Assembly: GCA_038874595.1 (NCBI GenBank)
Contig: JAVZCB010000001.1
Coordinates: 161,052 to 225,051, forward strand
Direction of reading: 5' to 3'
DNA length: 64,000 nt
Source: Candidatus Micrarchaeia archaeon
Lineage (GTDB): Archaea > Micrarchaeota > Micrarchaeia > CAILAH01
Below the pieces are notes generated by a model. It was given only the letters and a program-made list of their open reading frames with translations. It did no database searches and was not told where the DNA came from. The position numbers and the translations under genes are program-made. Below are positions 1 to 8,438 of this stretch, piece by piece (the stretch's first letter is position 1; each line of letters starts with the position of its first letter).

Positions 1-113
1 TATTTTCCTCAACTTGTTCTCTATGTTTACTGCACAACTCGTACAATGCATACCACTTATGTATACTTTTAACTTTTTCATAGAATCATCTCTAGTTATC
101 TAGAATTACAATT

Positions 114-1106
114 CTAACTACGTATACTGCAAGCGCGAGCATCACTATCGCAGCAATCTCCACCACTAGCACAACAACCACAACCTGCAACGGAAGAAAT
201 TTGTGTTGGAGTAGACACTTTCTCACTGATAACCTTTGCAGGATATGTTTTAAATACTTCAATTCCAAGGATCTGGTCTTTGTTTGCTATTCTATCATCA
301 TATTCAATATAGAACTTATTTGGAGAATCAAAACGCACATTGAGTATGCCTTCAAGCCTCTTTAATTCGCTTGTTATAAGTGGTGCATGACCAGGGCAGG
401 GAATAGATACTTCCAAGTATATTGACCTAAATTGCTGTTTGGAAGTTAGTGAGGTTGGTGCTGAAACTCTACTCTGTGCATTGGCAAATGTTGCTGTTGT
501 AATTGGCTGTTGCACAGCTTGGATATTTGCAAGTATTGGAAATATAAATAAGAACATTAAGAGATTAACTCCTACTGTGGTACCATACATTATTGCAAGA
601 TATTTCCACTTCTTTTTTGCACCCACCCACGAAAGCAAACCATTCTTGTGCAGGTACAATACAGATGAAACTGTCGCAAACCCAACTGAGATTAACAACA
701 AAACATAAAAGAAGTGCTGGTTGAGCAATAGAGACTTAAAAAGAGATGTCAGAAATGTAACTCCAAGTATTGAACCTATTATAAATGCAATGCAACCAAT
801 GTGCGGAATAAGCCCATATGTTATACCTTCTAGCAAGGGTGTGTTTTTTTCATTTGAATCGAGGTTTGCTTGTGTTTCTATCTTATCCGCGCCAATAGTG
901 TATCCAAGAGATACTACAGTCTTTTTTATCACATCTATGGTTATATACTGTGGATCAAAAGTTACCGTTGCTTTTTCATCTAAAAGATCTACGTTCACTG
1001 CCTTCACTCCCTCAAGACCTCTAATGGTATACTCTATCCTATCCACACAACTCTTACAACGCATACCTTTTATCGAAAAGGTTTCCGTTTGCATGTTTTC
1101 GCTCAT
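114..1106 (-). CDS. Heavy-metal-associated (HMA) domain membrane protein: HMA-TM bundle-HMA-like, Cys-rich tail
   Basis: N-terminal GMRCKSC HMA motif; ~4 hydrophobic segments with PHIGC; second HMA-like domain with CPGH; tail GCGCCASGGDCC. Start moved to ATG 1106 (MSENMQ) because the ORF-track extension covers an AT-rich promoter/operator region. Confidence 0.8.
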   Translation of the reverse strand: MSENMQTETFSIKGMRCKSCVDRIEYTIRGLEGVKAVNVDLLDEKATVTFDPQYITIDVIKKTVVSLGYTIGADKIETQANLDSNEKNTPLLEGITYGLIPHIGCIAFIIGSILGVTFLTSLFKSLLLNQHFFYVLLLISVGFATVSSVLYLHKNGLLSWVGAKKKWKYLAIMYGTTVGVNLLMFLFIFPILANIQAVQQPITTATFANAQSRVSAPTSLTSKQQFRSIYLEVSIPCPGHAPLITSELKRLEGILNVRFDSPNKFYIEYDDRIANKDQILGIEVFKTYPAKVISEKVSTPTQISSVAGCGCCASGGDCCDSDARACSIRS

Positions 1107-1107
1107 G

Positions 1108-1189
1108 GTTACAAATAAGCTGAAACTGCAGTTAAATATTTGTAACAGAAAAATGAAACTGCATATATATTTCACTGAAACTAGTTTCA
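1108..1189. promoter_or_regulatory. Operator-like inverted repeats upstream of the HMA gene
   Basis: Perfect GTTACAAATA(1108-1117)-N19-TATTTGTAAC(1137-1146); palindrome TGAAACTAGTTTCA(1176-1189); TGAAACT also at 1121 and 1154. Confidence 0.5.
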
Positions 1190-1194
1190 TAATC

Positions 1195-1668
1195 TTACTT
1201 TCGGAGGAGGATCATGTTTGTCATTCCGCGCCTTCTTCTTTCAATGAGACCTTTCCCCTCTAGCTTATCAAGCAGACGGGAAATACGCACCTTGCCAAAC
1301 CCTGTCTTATCAACCAGTTCGGATTGGTAAATTGCACCATTTGATTTAATAATTAGTTTAATTATCTCCTTTTCTTCACCAGAAAGTCTTGAATATAAGT
1401 CTTCCTGCTTGTTTGGTGCCGCAACATTAAATTCAGCTTTCTTTTTATCACTGAAAAAAATAAGATACAATCCAATTAAAATTATCACTACCATTATACC
1501 TAAACCTATGTTGGTCTGGAATTCTATTGTATCCCACATAGGGCATGTAGGTCCATGTGTACATGATTGATTTACTATATCAGTTAATGCTGTGTTAAAA
1601 GAATATACAATATAACCTATAAGTATTGATATGAACACTATTAGATATCCGATTGTTCGATTATCCAT
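1195..1668 (-). CDS. Membrane-anchored winged-helix (MarR-like) transcriptional regulator
   Basis: Two TM helices flanking CTHGPTCPM loop; C-terminal wHTH (IYQSELVDKTGFGKVRISRLLDKLEGKGLIERRRRGMTN). Confidence 0.8.
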   Translation of the reverse strand: MDNRTIGYLIVFISILIGYIVYSFNTALTDIVNQSCTHGPTCPMWDTIEFQTNIGLGIMVVIILIGLYLIFFSDKKKAEFNVAAPNKQEDLYSRLSGEEKEIIKLIIKSNGAIYQSELVDKTGFGKVRISRLLDKLEGKGLIERRRRGMTNMILLRK

Positions 1669-1724
1669 TTTGATCAGTATTTTTAGCCTTTATATGTTTT
1701 TATTGTTTATTTAGATCCCTTACA

Positions 1725-1744
1725 GGTGTCAATGAGTTGACACC
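1725..1744. promoter_or_regulatory. Palindrome upstream of the regulator gene (possible operator or hairpin)
   Basis: GGTGTCAA-TGAG-TTGACACC perfect 8-bp inverted repeat in the intergenic gap. Confidence 0.35.
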
Positions 1745-1910
1745 GGACAGAGACTCACCTCTATTGTGATTAGAAGGTTATCTAAATATTATTTTCCTTA
1801 AGAGATTTTTGAGTATTTATATCGAACAACACCTATATAATAAAATTTTGATATGTTGTTTCACAATTAATAGTTCTTTCTGAAGATAGAAGTTCTTTGA
1901 TGAGAACTCT

Positions 1911-2552
1911 CTAGTAAACTTTAGCATTTTTAGTAGTAAGTGTTTCATGCCATAATTGTAGTGGTCTTACCTTTGAAACTTCTCTTTTAATGTGTGAAAA
2001 ACACTTCTTTTCTTCGGCATTGAGATGGCCGCGTGTAAGGGTTACCTGCCCCTTTCCCCTTGCCTTATTAAACGAAAACGTAAATCCAAACCCTATAAAG
2101 AAATCTCTCAAAAGACCATATTTTTCCTTGTCATATGTTTTACTTATGGGATTATACCCTACATCCTCCCCAAAAATTTCCTCAACAATAAAAGCAAAAT
2201 TGAATTTGTGCAATACATCAAGCATTTCCCTCATAAAATATGCACCTTCCTGTGTACTAAACAGCTCTGGCCGCATATTAAAGTTAGGGTTTGGCGGGGA
2301 GTGGAATCCACACTTGTCTGATTTTACCAGAAGAATCCCAGCCTGTTTGCTTTCCATTGCCTCATCCCAGATTTCAACACTGAGCATTCTCCTTTCTTTT
2401 TTTGTGATTTTCCCAGTGTAGCTAAAATCTTTTGCGATTACAAGATAATTCCTGCCACGGACATCTATTTTTTTAGGATAGCCGTCTGCAGGAACAGCAT
2501 CAAGGTACGCAAAGAATTCCTCATTGGTTACTTCGTCACTACAGCTTCCCAT
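1911..2552 (-). CDS. Hypothetical protein (weak GNAT-like C-terminal motif)
   Basis: 213-aa ORF with TATA-like box about 25-30 nt upstream; LLRDFFIGFGF resembles GNAT motif B, weak. Confidence 0.55.
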   Translation of the reverse strand: MGSCSDEVTNEEFFAYLDAVPADGYPKKIDVRGRNYLVIAKDFSYTGKITKKERRMLSVEIWDEAMESKQAGILLVKSDKCGFHSPPNPNFNMRPELFSTQEGAYFMREMLDVLHKFNFAFIVEEIFGEDVGYNPISKTYDKEKYGLLRDFFIGFGFTFSFNKARGKGQVTLTRGHLNAEEKKCFSHIKREVSKVRPLQLWHETLTTKNAKVY

Positions 2553-2636
2553 GTATGAATATAGATGTAAAAACTATATAAAAACGCTGAATTCTTCTAA
2601 GTAGGCTTATATTATTTGAATAGCCTTTATATCAAT

Positions 2637-2978
2637 ATGCGCTGGGTTCTAAGGTCAAAAATACACAATGCAACTGTGACAGAATCTAATCTTAACTACA
2701 TTGGAAGTATCACAATTGATAAGGCGCTTATTGAAAAGGCTGGTTTTATCCCTGGAGAAAAGGTGACCGTTGCAAGCACAACTACAGGAGCACGGCTTGA
2801 AACCTATATAATAGAAGGAAAAAAGAATTCCGGTGTAATTGCAATGAACGGCCCTGCAGCACATATAATAAAAGCAGGGGAACACGTCGTGATTATGGCG
2901 TTTGAGCTCGCTTCAAAGAAAATCAAGCCAAAAGTTATACTAGTTGATGAGCACAACCGTTTTTTGAGACAACTGTAA
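2637..2978 (+). CDS. panD: Aspartate 1-decarboxylase (pyruvoyl-dependent)
   Basis: LRSKIHNATVTESNLNYIG/SITID self-cleavage site, GARLETY, NGPAAH. Confidence 0.95.
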   Translation: MRWVLRSKIHNATVTESNLNYIGSITIDKALIEKAGFIPGEKVTVASTTTGARLETYIIEGKKNSGVIAMNGPAAHIIKAGEHVVIMAFELASKKIKPKVILVDEHNRFLRQL

Positions 2979-2988
2979 AAATGGCCTC

Positions 2989-3468
2989 TCATTTAAAGCC
3001 CACTAGCATGCTTCCCACACCAATGAACATAAGAAACAGTGCCAATCCAGTACACACACCCTCATTAAAGGGTGATTCACTTTTGAATGCTGCCGCAGGC
3101 AATACATCATTAAGCTGTGCCTCACAATCGGCAATACACTTCTGGCGTTGTATGTTTGCATTTGACATTACATTATCAAGGCAGCACTTTTGTAATGAGT
3201 CCCAGCATACAGTTATACAAGTATCCCAGTTTGAGCTGTTGCACATCTCCCTGCACGCATAGAAGTCTGAGGGGCATTTTTCTTTTGGGCTAACTACACT
3301 GTCAGGACATCGCATTGGTGATGTGTCTGCCACCCCCCAGTGTCCATAATTTGCCTTTTGTGTTTCAATATAGTCGTAATATTCTGTTTGGCATTTTGCA
3401 GCACATTCATTAGCATAAGCTAAAGAGAATGAAACAACAACCAACATAAGAAAGAGCTGCCTTATCAC
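2989..3468 (-). CDS. Secreted Cys-rich protein with C-terminal membrane anchor
   Basis: Signal peptide, many paired cysteines (CAAKC, CREMC, CITVC, CC, CIADC), C-terminal hydrophobic helix. Confidence 0.7.
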   Translation of the reverse strand: MIRQLFLMLVVVSFSLAYANECAAKCQTEYYDYIETQKANYGHWGVADTSPMRCPDSVVSPKEKCPSDFYACREMCNSSNWDTCITVCWDSLQKCCLDNVMSNANIQRQKCIADCEAQLNDVLPAAAFKSESPFNEGVCTGLALFLMFIGVGSMLVGFK

Positions 3469-3518
3469 GCTATAAAATTAGGTAGTAAAATTAATAACTA
3501 TATATAAAACCAAACGGC

Positions 3519-3992
3519 TTATTCGTCCATTTTTTCTACAATTTTACTTACCAATTCTTCTCTATCGCAATTTAGGCCGTATTTCTTAATTATCTCATCT
3601 GCTGCTCCGTAAAAAACGGATCCATTATGCAGCAAAAGATTGCGCTCTCCCTCTATATATCTCTGATGCAGCTTTTCCATTTCGGGAGTGATCTTAACAT
3701 TAACCCCTACTAGATTGTTGTTTTTATCATAGCACATTATTGTTGCATAGTTGCCATCTTTGTTGCTAGTCAAAGATTGCTCTTTGGTGTTAGATAATGG
3801 ATTTTCAGGATTGTTTTGGCACGCCGTTGTAACCATTAAAGACATTAATGCAATAGCGGCACCAGTACGTGCTTTTCTTAGTATGCGTTTTACTATGCCT
3901 TCAGGAGCAGGTTTTTTTTGCATTATCACCTGCGAAAACGTATTTTTCTCTGGTTGGCCTTCATTATGCAAAGTGTTTTGTTTGTGATTCAT
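3519..3992 (-). CDS. Hypothetical lipoprotein-like protein with extended signal peptide
   Basis: About 40 polar/basic residues, then hydrophobic stretch ending VTTA-C. Confidence 0.6.
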   Translation of the reverse strand: MNHKQNTLHNEGQPEKNTFSQVIMQKKPAPEGIVKRILRKARTGAAIALMSLMVTTACQNNPENPLSNTKEQSLTSNKDGNYATIMCYDKNNNLVGVNVKITPEMEKLHQRYIEGERNLLLHNGSVFYGAADEIIKKYGLNCDREELVSKIVEKMDE

Positions 3993-4098
3993 GAGGATAT
4001 TTTATAAGAACACATATATATAATTTTCTTTTAAGCTGTTGTGATTCTTGTGGTATAAAAAAGAAATCTTTATATATTACAAAAATAAGAATAAATAC

Positions 4099-4614
4099 AT
4101 GTCTGAGATGCAAAATCAATTGAAGCCCAAATATCTCAAGAAAACTGTTGCGAGCGTGCAGGAATTCAAAAGAAAATTCCTTGAATTCGATAAGGATACT
4201 GCAAAAAAAGAGCTTGATAACATCAAAGAGATTTTTTATTATGAGAAAAAGGCAGCTGCAAGAAAGAGTGAACGGCTGTACAAAATAGAGAATATCTTAG
4301 AAACGATAGAAAAAAATTCATTTGAGAATTTTATATGTGCTTCAGTATGCCTTCTTGGCTATTATGGCTCTGCAGGATTTCTTGTTGGGTCGATTGTAAG
4401 TTATCTGAAGGGAGATGTTGATACTTTTAAGAATTTGTTTAAGATAAGCGTTTTATTTGGTGGAGGGGCTACAGTTTTCTTAGGTGTATGCAGACTAATC
4501 GAGCAAGCCGCAAATTATTTAATAAGAAAGTGTACTGATAAAGAATTGGAAATTTACGAGGAAATTCGCAGGACGGATAAAGAGATTCATAATATTGAGA
4601 AAGAAATCAAATAA
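4099..4614 (+). CDS. Hypothetical coiled-coil protein with two TM helices
   Basis: Lys/Glu-rich helices flanking two hydrophobic segments; start at MSEMQ. Confidence 0.6.
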   Translation: MSEMQNQLKPKYLKKTVASVQEFKRKFLEFDKDTAKKELDNIKEIFYYEKKAAARKSERLYKIENILETIEKNSFENFICASVCLLGYYGSAGFLVGSIVSYLKGDVDTFKNLFKISVLFGGGATVFLGVCRLIEQAANYLIRKCTDKELEIYEEIRRTDKEIHNIEKEIK

Positions 4615-5427
4615 TTACATTATTTTTCGTATTTCTTCAATCCGCTTTTCAGCAGGCACTGATACCTTATAGAAATCCCAGAATATATCCTTTACAAATC
4701 GTATCCATATCGGGTCCTTTATTTCGTAATATATAGTTTTCTTAAGTGCTGCCGGCGTTTCAACAAGCCTTACCAACTTATCATCAACTATTGCGCCTCG
4801 GAGCGGCTGGTCAACGTGCCGTATATCTATTGCATCCATCCCAAATTTTTTATTTAGCATAAGAAGCTGCTCAACCCGATTAAGGGACTTTGTATCTATC
4901 CGTCCAAGCATATGTATTGTTGTGCCTCTCTCAATCACATCAACAATTGTTTTCATAACCTTTTTTCCTTTTTCGGTACTTTGTACCCACGAGAAATCTC
5001 CAGAGAATGAAAGGTATTCATTTTTGGCAAGTTGCAAGAGGTTATTTATGTCTTCATGGCCTTTTTCTATAAATGTGGTCTCCTCAGCCTCCCAAAATGC
5101 CTTTTTCATTTTCTCATCAACATACTGATACAATTCGAACGGCGAAAAATCCGTTTTATTGTTAGCGTTCATAATTCTCTTATATAGAAATTTCATCAAT
5201 TGGCCCTTGTTTTTTGCATCCGCAGTTATAAATACAATTTTTAGACCTCCTCTTAAACCGTTTTTGAAGACATGTGTAGATATCGACCCATCTGTTTTAC
5301 ACAATTCATCAATGTATTTATCAGCCGTTTTCCATGAAACTTCTAACGAGTTAGCGATTTCTATTATAGAATGCGGCCTTTGTGCCAGGAGTTGTTTTAT
5401 TTTATCTATTTTATCCGGTGAGAGCAT
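4615..5427 (-). CDS. HTH transcriptional regulator with TrmB-like effector domain
   Basis: N-terminal HTH (SIIEIANSLEVSWKTADKYI); C-terminal LRGAIVDDK...FWDFY typical of TrmB/PLD-like fold. Confidence 0.7.
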   Translation of the reverse strand: MLSPDKIDKIKQLLAQRPHSIIEIANSLEVSWKTADKYIDELCKTDGSISTHVFKNGLRGGLKIVFITADAKNKGQLMKFLYKRIMNANNKTDFSPFELYQYVDEKMKKAFWEAEETTFIEKGHEDINNLLQLAKNEYLSFSGDFSWVQSTEKGKKVMKTIVDVIERGTTIHMLGRIDTKSLNRVEQLLMLNKKFGMDAIDIRHVDQPLRGAIVDDKLVRLVETPAALKKTIYYEIKDPIWIRFVKDIFWDFYKVSVPAEKRIEEIRKIM

Positions 5428-5507
5428 CAGTAAGACCTTTTAAAATATGGCAGAGAATTTTAAAAACCAGCACATGATTTTGCAGTATCAAAATGTTTTT
5501 AAGTATA

Positions 5508-6023
5508 ATGACTACCAAAAAATTCGGTGAACCTATGAGTGAGATTAAAAAGTATGTACAGGATCTAAGGTCTAAAAGTTTAAAGGACAGAGGAAGTGCC
5601 CTTGATTGGATAAACAAACATGCTAAACTAGTAGATTGTACTGTTGCGATTCCAGCGCTTATTGAATGCCTAAAAGATGACCATTTAAGTATACGCCATA
5701 TGGCAAGAAAGGTGCTGATAGAATTAGGAAAACCTACTTTACCACATCTACTTGAAGCAATGAAATGCAATAATCACCATGCCAAATTCCAAGGAGGTAT
5801 CATCATCAAAGCGCTTGCTGAAAAAGGTATTGATTGTTCAGTAGCCGTTCCTACACTCAAAGAGGCGTTAAAAGACGAAAGCGAGTATGTGCAGCTTGCC
5901 GCCCAGCTTGCACTTAAGGAGATTTATGCAAAGCAGATGTGCGCAAGGCCGGAAAAAGATAAGAAGTTCCCAGAAAAGAATCCCCCAGAAAAAACACCTC
6001 ATAAGGACAGATCAAAAGTATAA
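5508..6023 (+). CDS. HEAT/PBS-lyase repeat protein
   Basis: Repeats AIPALIECLKDD..IR, AVPTLKEALKDE..VQLAAQLAL. Confidence 0.8.
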   Translation: MTTKKFGEPMSEIKKYVQDLRSKSLKDRGSALDWINKHAKLVDCTVAIPALIECLKDDHLSIRHMARKVLIELGKPTLPHLLEAMKCNNHHAKFQGGIIIKALAEKGIDCSVAVPTLKEALKDESEYVQLAAQLALKEIYAKQMCARPEKDKKFPEKNPPEKTPHKDRSKV

Positions 6024-6110
6024 CTGCCTTTTTTTCCTTTTTTGAAGTATACGAAAGTTTTAATATTGTTCCCTCTTTAAACTACCATTGACATATAGAG
6101 AGTGGTATAA

Positions 6111-6449
6111 ATGGTTAAATTTCATGTTCGTGGCGGTCCAAAGCTGAGAAAGGCTTATGTTAAAATTAAGAGGGCAAAGACTGCGCGGTATGCATGCCCC
6201 GCCTGCTCAAAGCAATCTGTAAAAAGGGTATCTGTTGGCATGTGGGAGTGCAGGTCTTGTGGTTCGCAGTTTGCTGGTGGTGCATATGAGTTTTCAACAC
6301 CCACAGGTAGGCTCTCACAACGTCTCATATCCGATTTGCGTAAAGGTATCCTTGGAAAGGAGGCCCTTAAGATGATAGAAGCAGAGATTGAAAAAGCAGA
6401 GGTTGAGACAAACACATTGGCGGATGTGGCGCCAGCCGATAAAGAGTAG
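6111..6449 (+). CDS. rpl37ae: 50S ribosomal protein L37Ae (eL43), C-terminally extended
   Basis: YACPAC...VKRVSVGMWECRSCG..FAGGAY; conserved L37ae-rpoP-Brix order. Confidence 0.95.
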   Translation: MVKFHVRGGPKLRKAYVKIKRAKTARYACPACSKQSVKRVSVGMWECRSCGSQFAGGAYEFSTPTGRLSQRLISDLRKGILGKEALKMIEAEIEKAEVETNTLADVAPADKE

Positions 6450-6457
6450 GTGGTTTG

Positions 6458-6589
6458 ATGTACAAATGCGTTAACTGCAATAATTTAATAGAGAAGATGG
6501 ACCCGAGTTATGTAAGGTGCCCTTTCTGTGCATCGCGCATAGTGTTCAAGGCGCGACCGCCCGTAGCAAAGGAGACAAAGACTGATTAG
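6458..6589 (+). CDS. rpoP: DNA-directed RNA polymerase subunit P (Rpo12); missed by ORF track
   Basis: 43 aa MYKCVNC...VRCPFCASRIVFKARP; GGTGG RBS; between rpl37ae and Brix. Confidence 0.93.
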   Translation: MYKCVNCNNLIEKMDPSYVRCPFCASRIVFKARPPVAKETKTD

Positions 6590-7048
6590 ATGGCCCTGGT
6601 AACCACAAGCCGTAAAGCCGGTCCTGTGACCCGGCGCCTTGCACGCGTCCTGTCTTCTGTTTTTAGGTGCATTTACATTAATCGTGGGAAGAGCAGTTTT
6701 AATGCTGTGCTCACGCATGCGGAATCGCTTGGGTGCAAGCGGGTAGTTTTCATATATGAGAAGCATGGCAACCCAAATGAGATAAGGGCAGTGCATATTG
6801 GCGGCAAAAGCACATACAAGGAGGTAGGAAGTTTCATTTTCAATCCTATACAGATTATACGACCGCGCCGTTTTTTCCCATACCTCTCATATGACCGTTA
6901 TGCAGCTAACTTTGTGCATCTTTTTCTTGAGCGTGGCGAATTGAATAAGATGCAGGGGAAAGATGTTGTTGAGGTAACTCTTGAAAAAGGCGTGCTGAGT
7001 ATATCCGTTAATGGAATAGTGATTGTAGCATTACGAAAGGCAAATTAA
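6590..7048 (+). CDS. Brix/Imp4-like ribosome biogenesis protein
   Basis: LVTTSRKAGPVTRRLA, YINRGK, EKHGNP; synteny with rpoP. Confidence 0.88.
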   Translation: MALVTTSRKAGPVTRRLARVLSSVFRCIYINRGKSSFNAVLTHAESLGCKRVVFIYEKHGNPNEIRAVHIGGKSTYKEVGSFIFNPIQIIRPRRFFPYLSYDRYAANFVHLFLERGELNKMQGKDVVEVTLEKGVLSISVNGIVIVALRKAN

Positions 7049-7063
7049 TCGCAAAATCCTCAA

Positions 7064-7438
7064 TTATTTTCTAATTCTTGGGCCGAATGTGCGCATAATA
7101 GGTGTACGCACCGAACCTGGTTTTTGCAGCTTATTACTATTTTTTGTAAGCATCTCCAGGCTCATTTTAAGACCGCTGGCGTGCACCACATTATAAATCG
7201 CAATAAGCACCACACAAACAACAAAATAAATAGCCCTCAAATGCATATCTTCCTCTACAACCATAAATGCCATAACAATAAGAATCAAAAAAATGATGAG
7301 AAGATGTATCATGCTCAGAGCTCTCCTACTCTTCTCTTGACTTTTCTCTTCATTCTTTTTCTTCTTTTCTTTAGCCATTTCCAGCGCATCCTGCCTTTTT
7401 TCTTCCATTTTCTCGGTATTGCTCCCAAGCATTAACAC
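7064..7438 (-). CDS. Hypothetical membrane protein (2 TM)
   Basis: Two hydrophobic helices; GAGGTG RBS; downstream of lemA. Confidence 0.6.
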   Translation of the reverse strand: MLMLGSNTEKMEEKRQDALEMAKEKKKKNEEKSQEKSRRALSMIHLLIIFLILIVMAFMVVEEDMHLRAIYFVVCVVLIAIYNVVHASGLKMSLEMLTKNSNKLQKPGSVRTPIMRTFGPRIRK

Positions 7439-7480
7439 CTCATAAAGTATTTCCTTAAAGAAGTGAAGATTTATATGTGC

Positions 7481-8056
7481 TTACTCAAACTTTACTTTTA
7501 CTGCACTCCTTTCGCCTTCCTCTGCACGGAAGAACTCCTCTTTCTCAAACTTGAATATCCCAGCAAAGATATTACCCGGGAACTGCATTATTGCGTTGTT
7601 ATAATCGTATACGGAATCATTATAGAACTGCCTTGAGTAAGCAATCTTGCCTTCAATATCGCTCAGCTCCGCCTGCAGATGCTTAAAGTTTTCGCTTGCT
7701 TTCAGCTCAGGATATGCCTCTGCAACTGCAAACAAGCTCTTCAATGCAGCTGCCATCATATTATCAGCTTGTGCAGTCTCCTTTGGGGTTTTTGCACCAA
7801 GGATAGCTGCCCTTGCTTTTGCAACATTTTCAAACACTCCTTTCTCGTGTTTTGCGTACCCCTTCACAGTTTCCACAAGGTTAGGCACAAGGTCAGCTCT
7901 TTTCTTTAACTGGACATCAATCTGCGCCCAAGCAGTTTTTACCCTGTTTCTTTTTACTATAAACGAATTATATAGGAAGATACCTGCCGCAAGCACAACA
8001 AGCGCTCCAAGGACAAGAATTATGAGGCATCCACCTCCTAATAGTGCAATATCCAT
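7481..8056 (-). CDS. lemA: LemA family protein
   Basis: YN...[30 protein letters not shown]; EAYPELKA; RQFYN; FPGNIFA. Confidence 0.95.
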   Translation of the reverse strand: MDIALLGGGCLIILVLGALVVLAAGIFLYNSFIVKRNRVKTAWAQIDVQLKKRADLVPNLVETVKGYAKHEKGVFENVAKARAAILGAKTPKETAQADNMMAAALKSLFAVAEAYPELKASENFKHLQAELSDIEGKIAYSRQFYNDSVYDYNNAIMQFPGNIFAGIFKFEKEEFFRAEEGERSAVKVKFE

Positions 8057-8130
8057 ACATCCCGCCTCGTTATTAAGTAATACACTATTTACTTATCTAG
8101 TTTTTTAAAGGTATATCTCTAATTCCTAAT

Positions 8131-8394
8131 ATGCAGGTTGGCAAAGAGGAGCTAAACGCAATTATCGCGGAATACATCTCTTCATACGGTGGAGAAATTG
8201 AGGCGCAGGTAGACAGCATCTCAAAAAGCCGTTTTACAGTCCATTTTTCAGGCAGGATATGCCGTGCGTGTGGTGTGGAGGACTTGTTTGATGGCTTGGC
8301 TTACGCGCTCAGATTGAGCGGGTTTCACATTCGTATGGAAAATTTTAAGGAAGAAAAAGGAGGGTATTCTGTAACATACATCTTGTATGATTGA
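8131..8394 (+). CDS. Small hypothetical protein with NifU-like CxxC
   Basis: YGGEI...VHFSGRICRACG resembles the NifU C-terminal domain pattern. Confidence 0.55.
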   Translation: MQVGKEELNAIIAEYISSYGGEIEAQVDSISKSRFTVHFSGRICRACGVEDLFDGLAYALRLSGFHIRMENFKEEKGGYSVTYILYD

Positions 8395-8438
8395 TTAGCA
8401 AAATGTAAAGTGCATCTTTTATGGTTAGCAAGTATCCA

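Noticed and set aside
1107-1190. 28-aa N-terminal extension of the HMA protein in the ORF track
   Set aside because: It covers an AT-rich palindromic promoter region, and the HMA domain starts right after ATG 1106.
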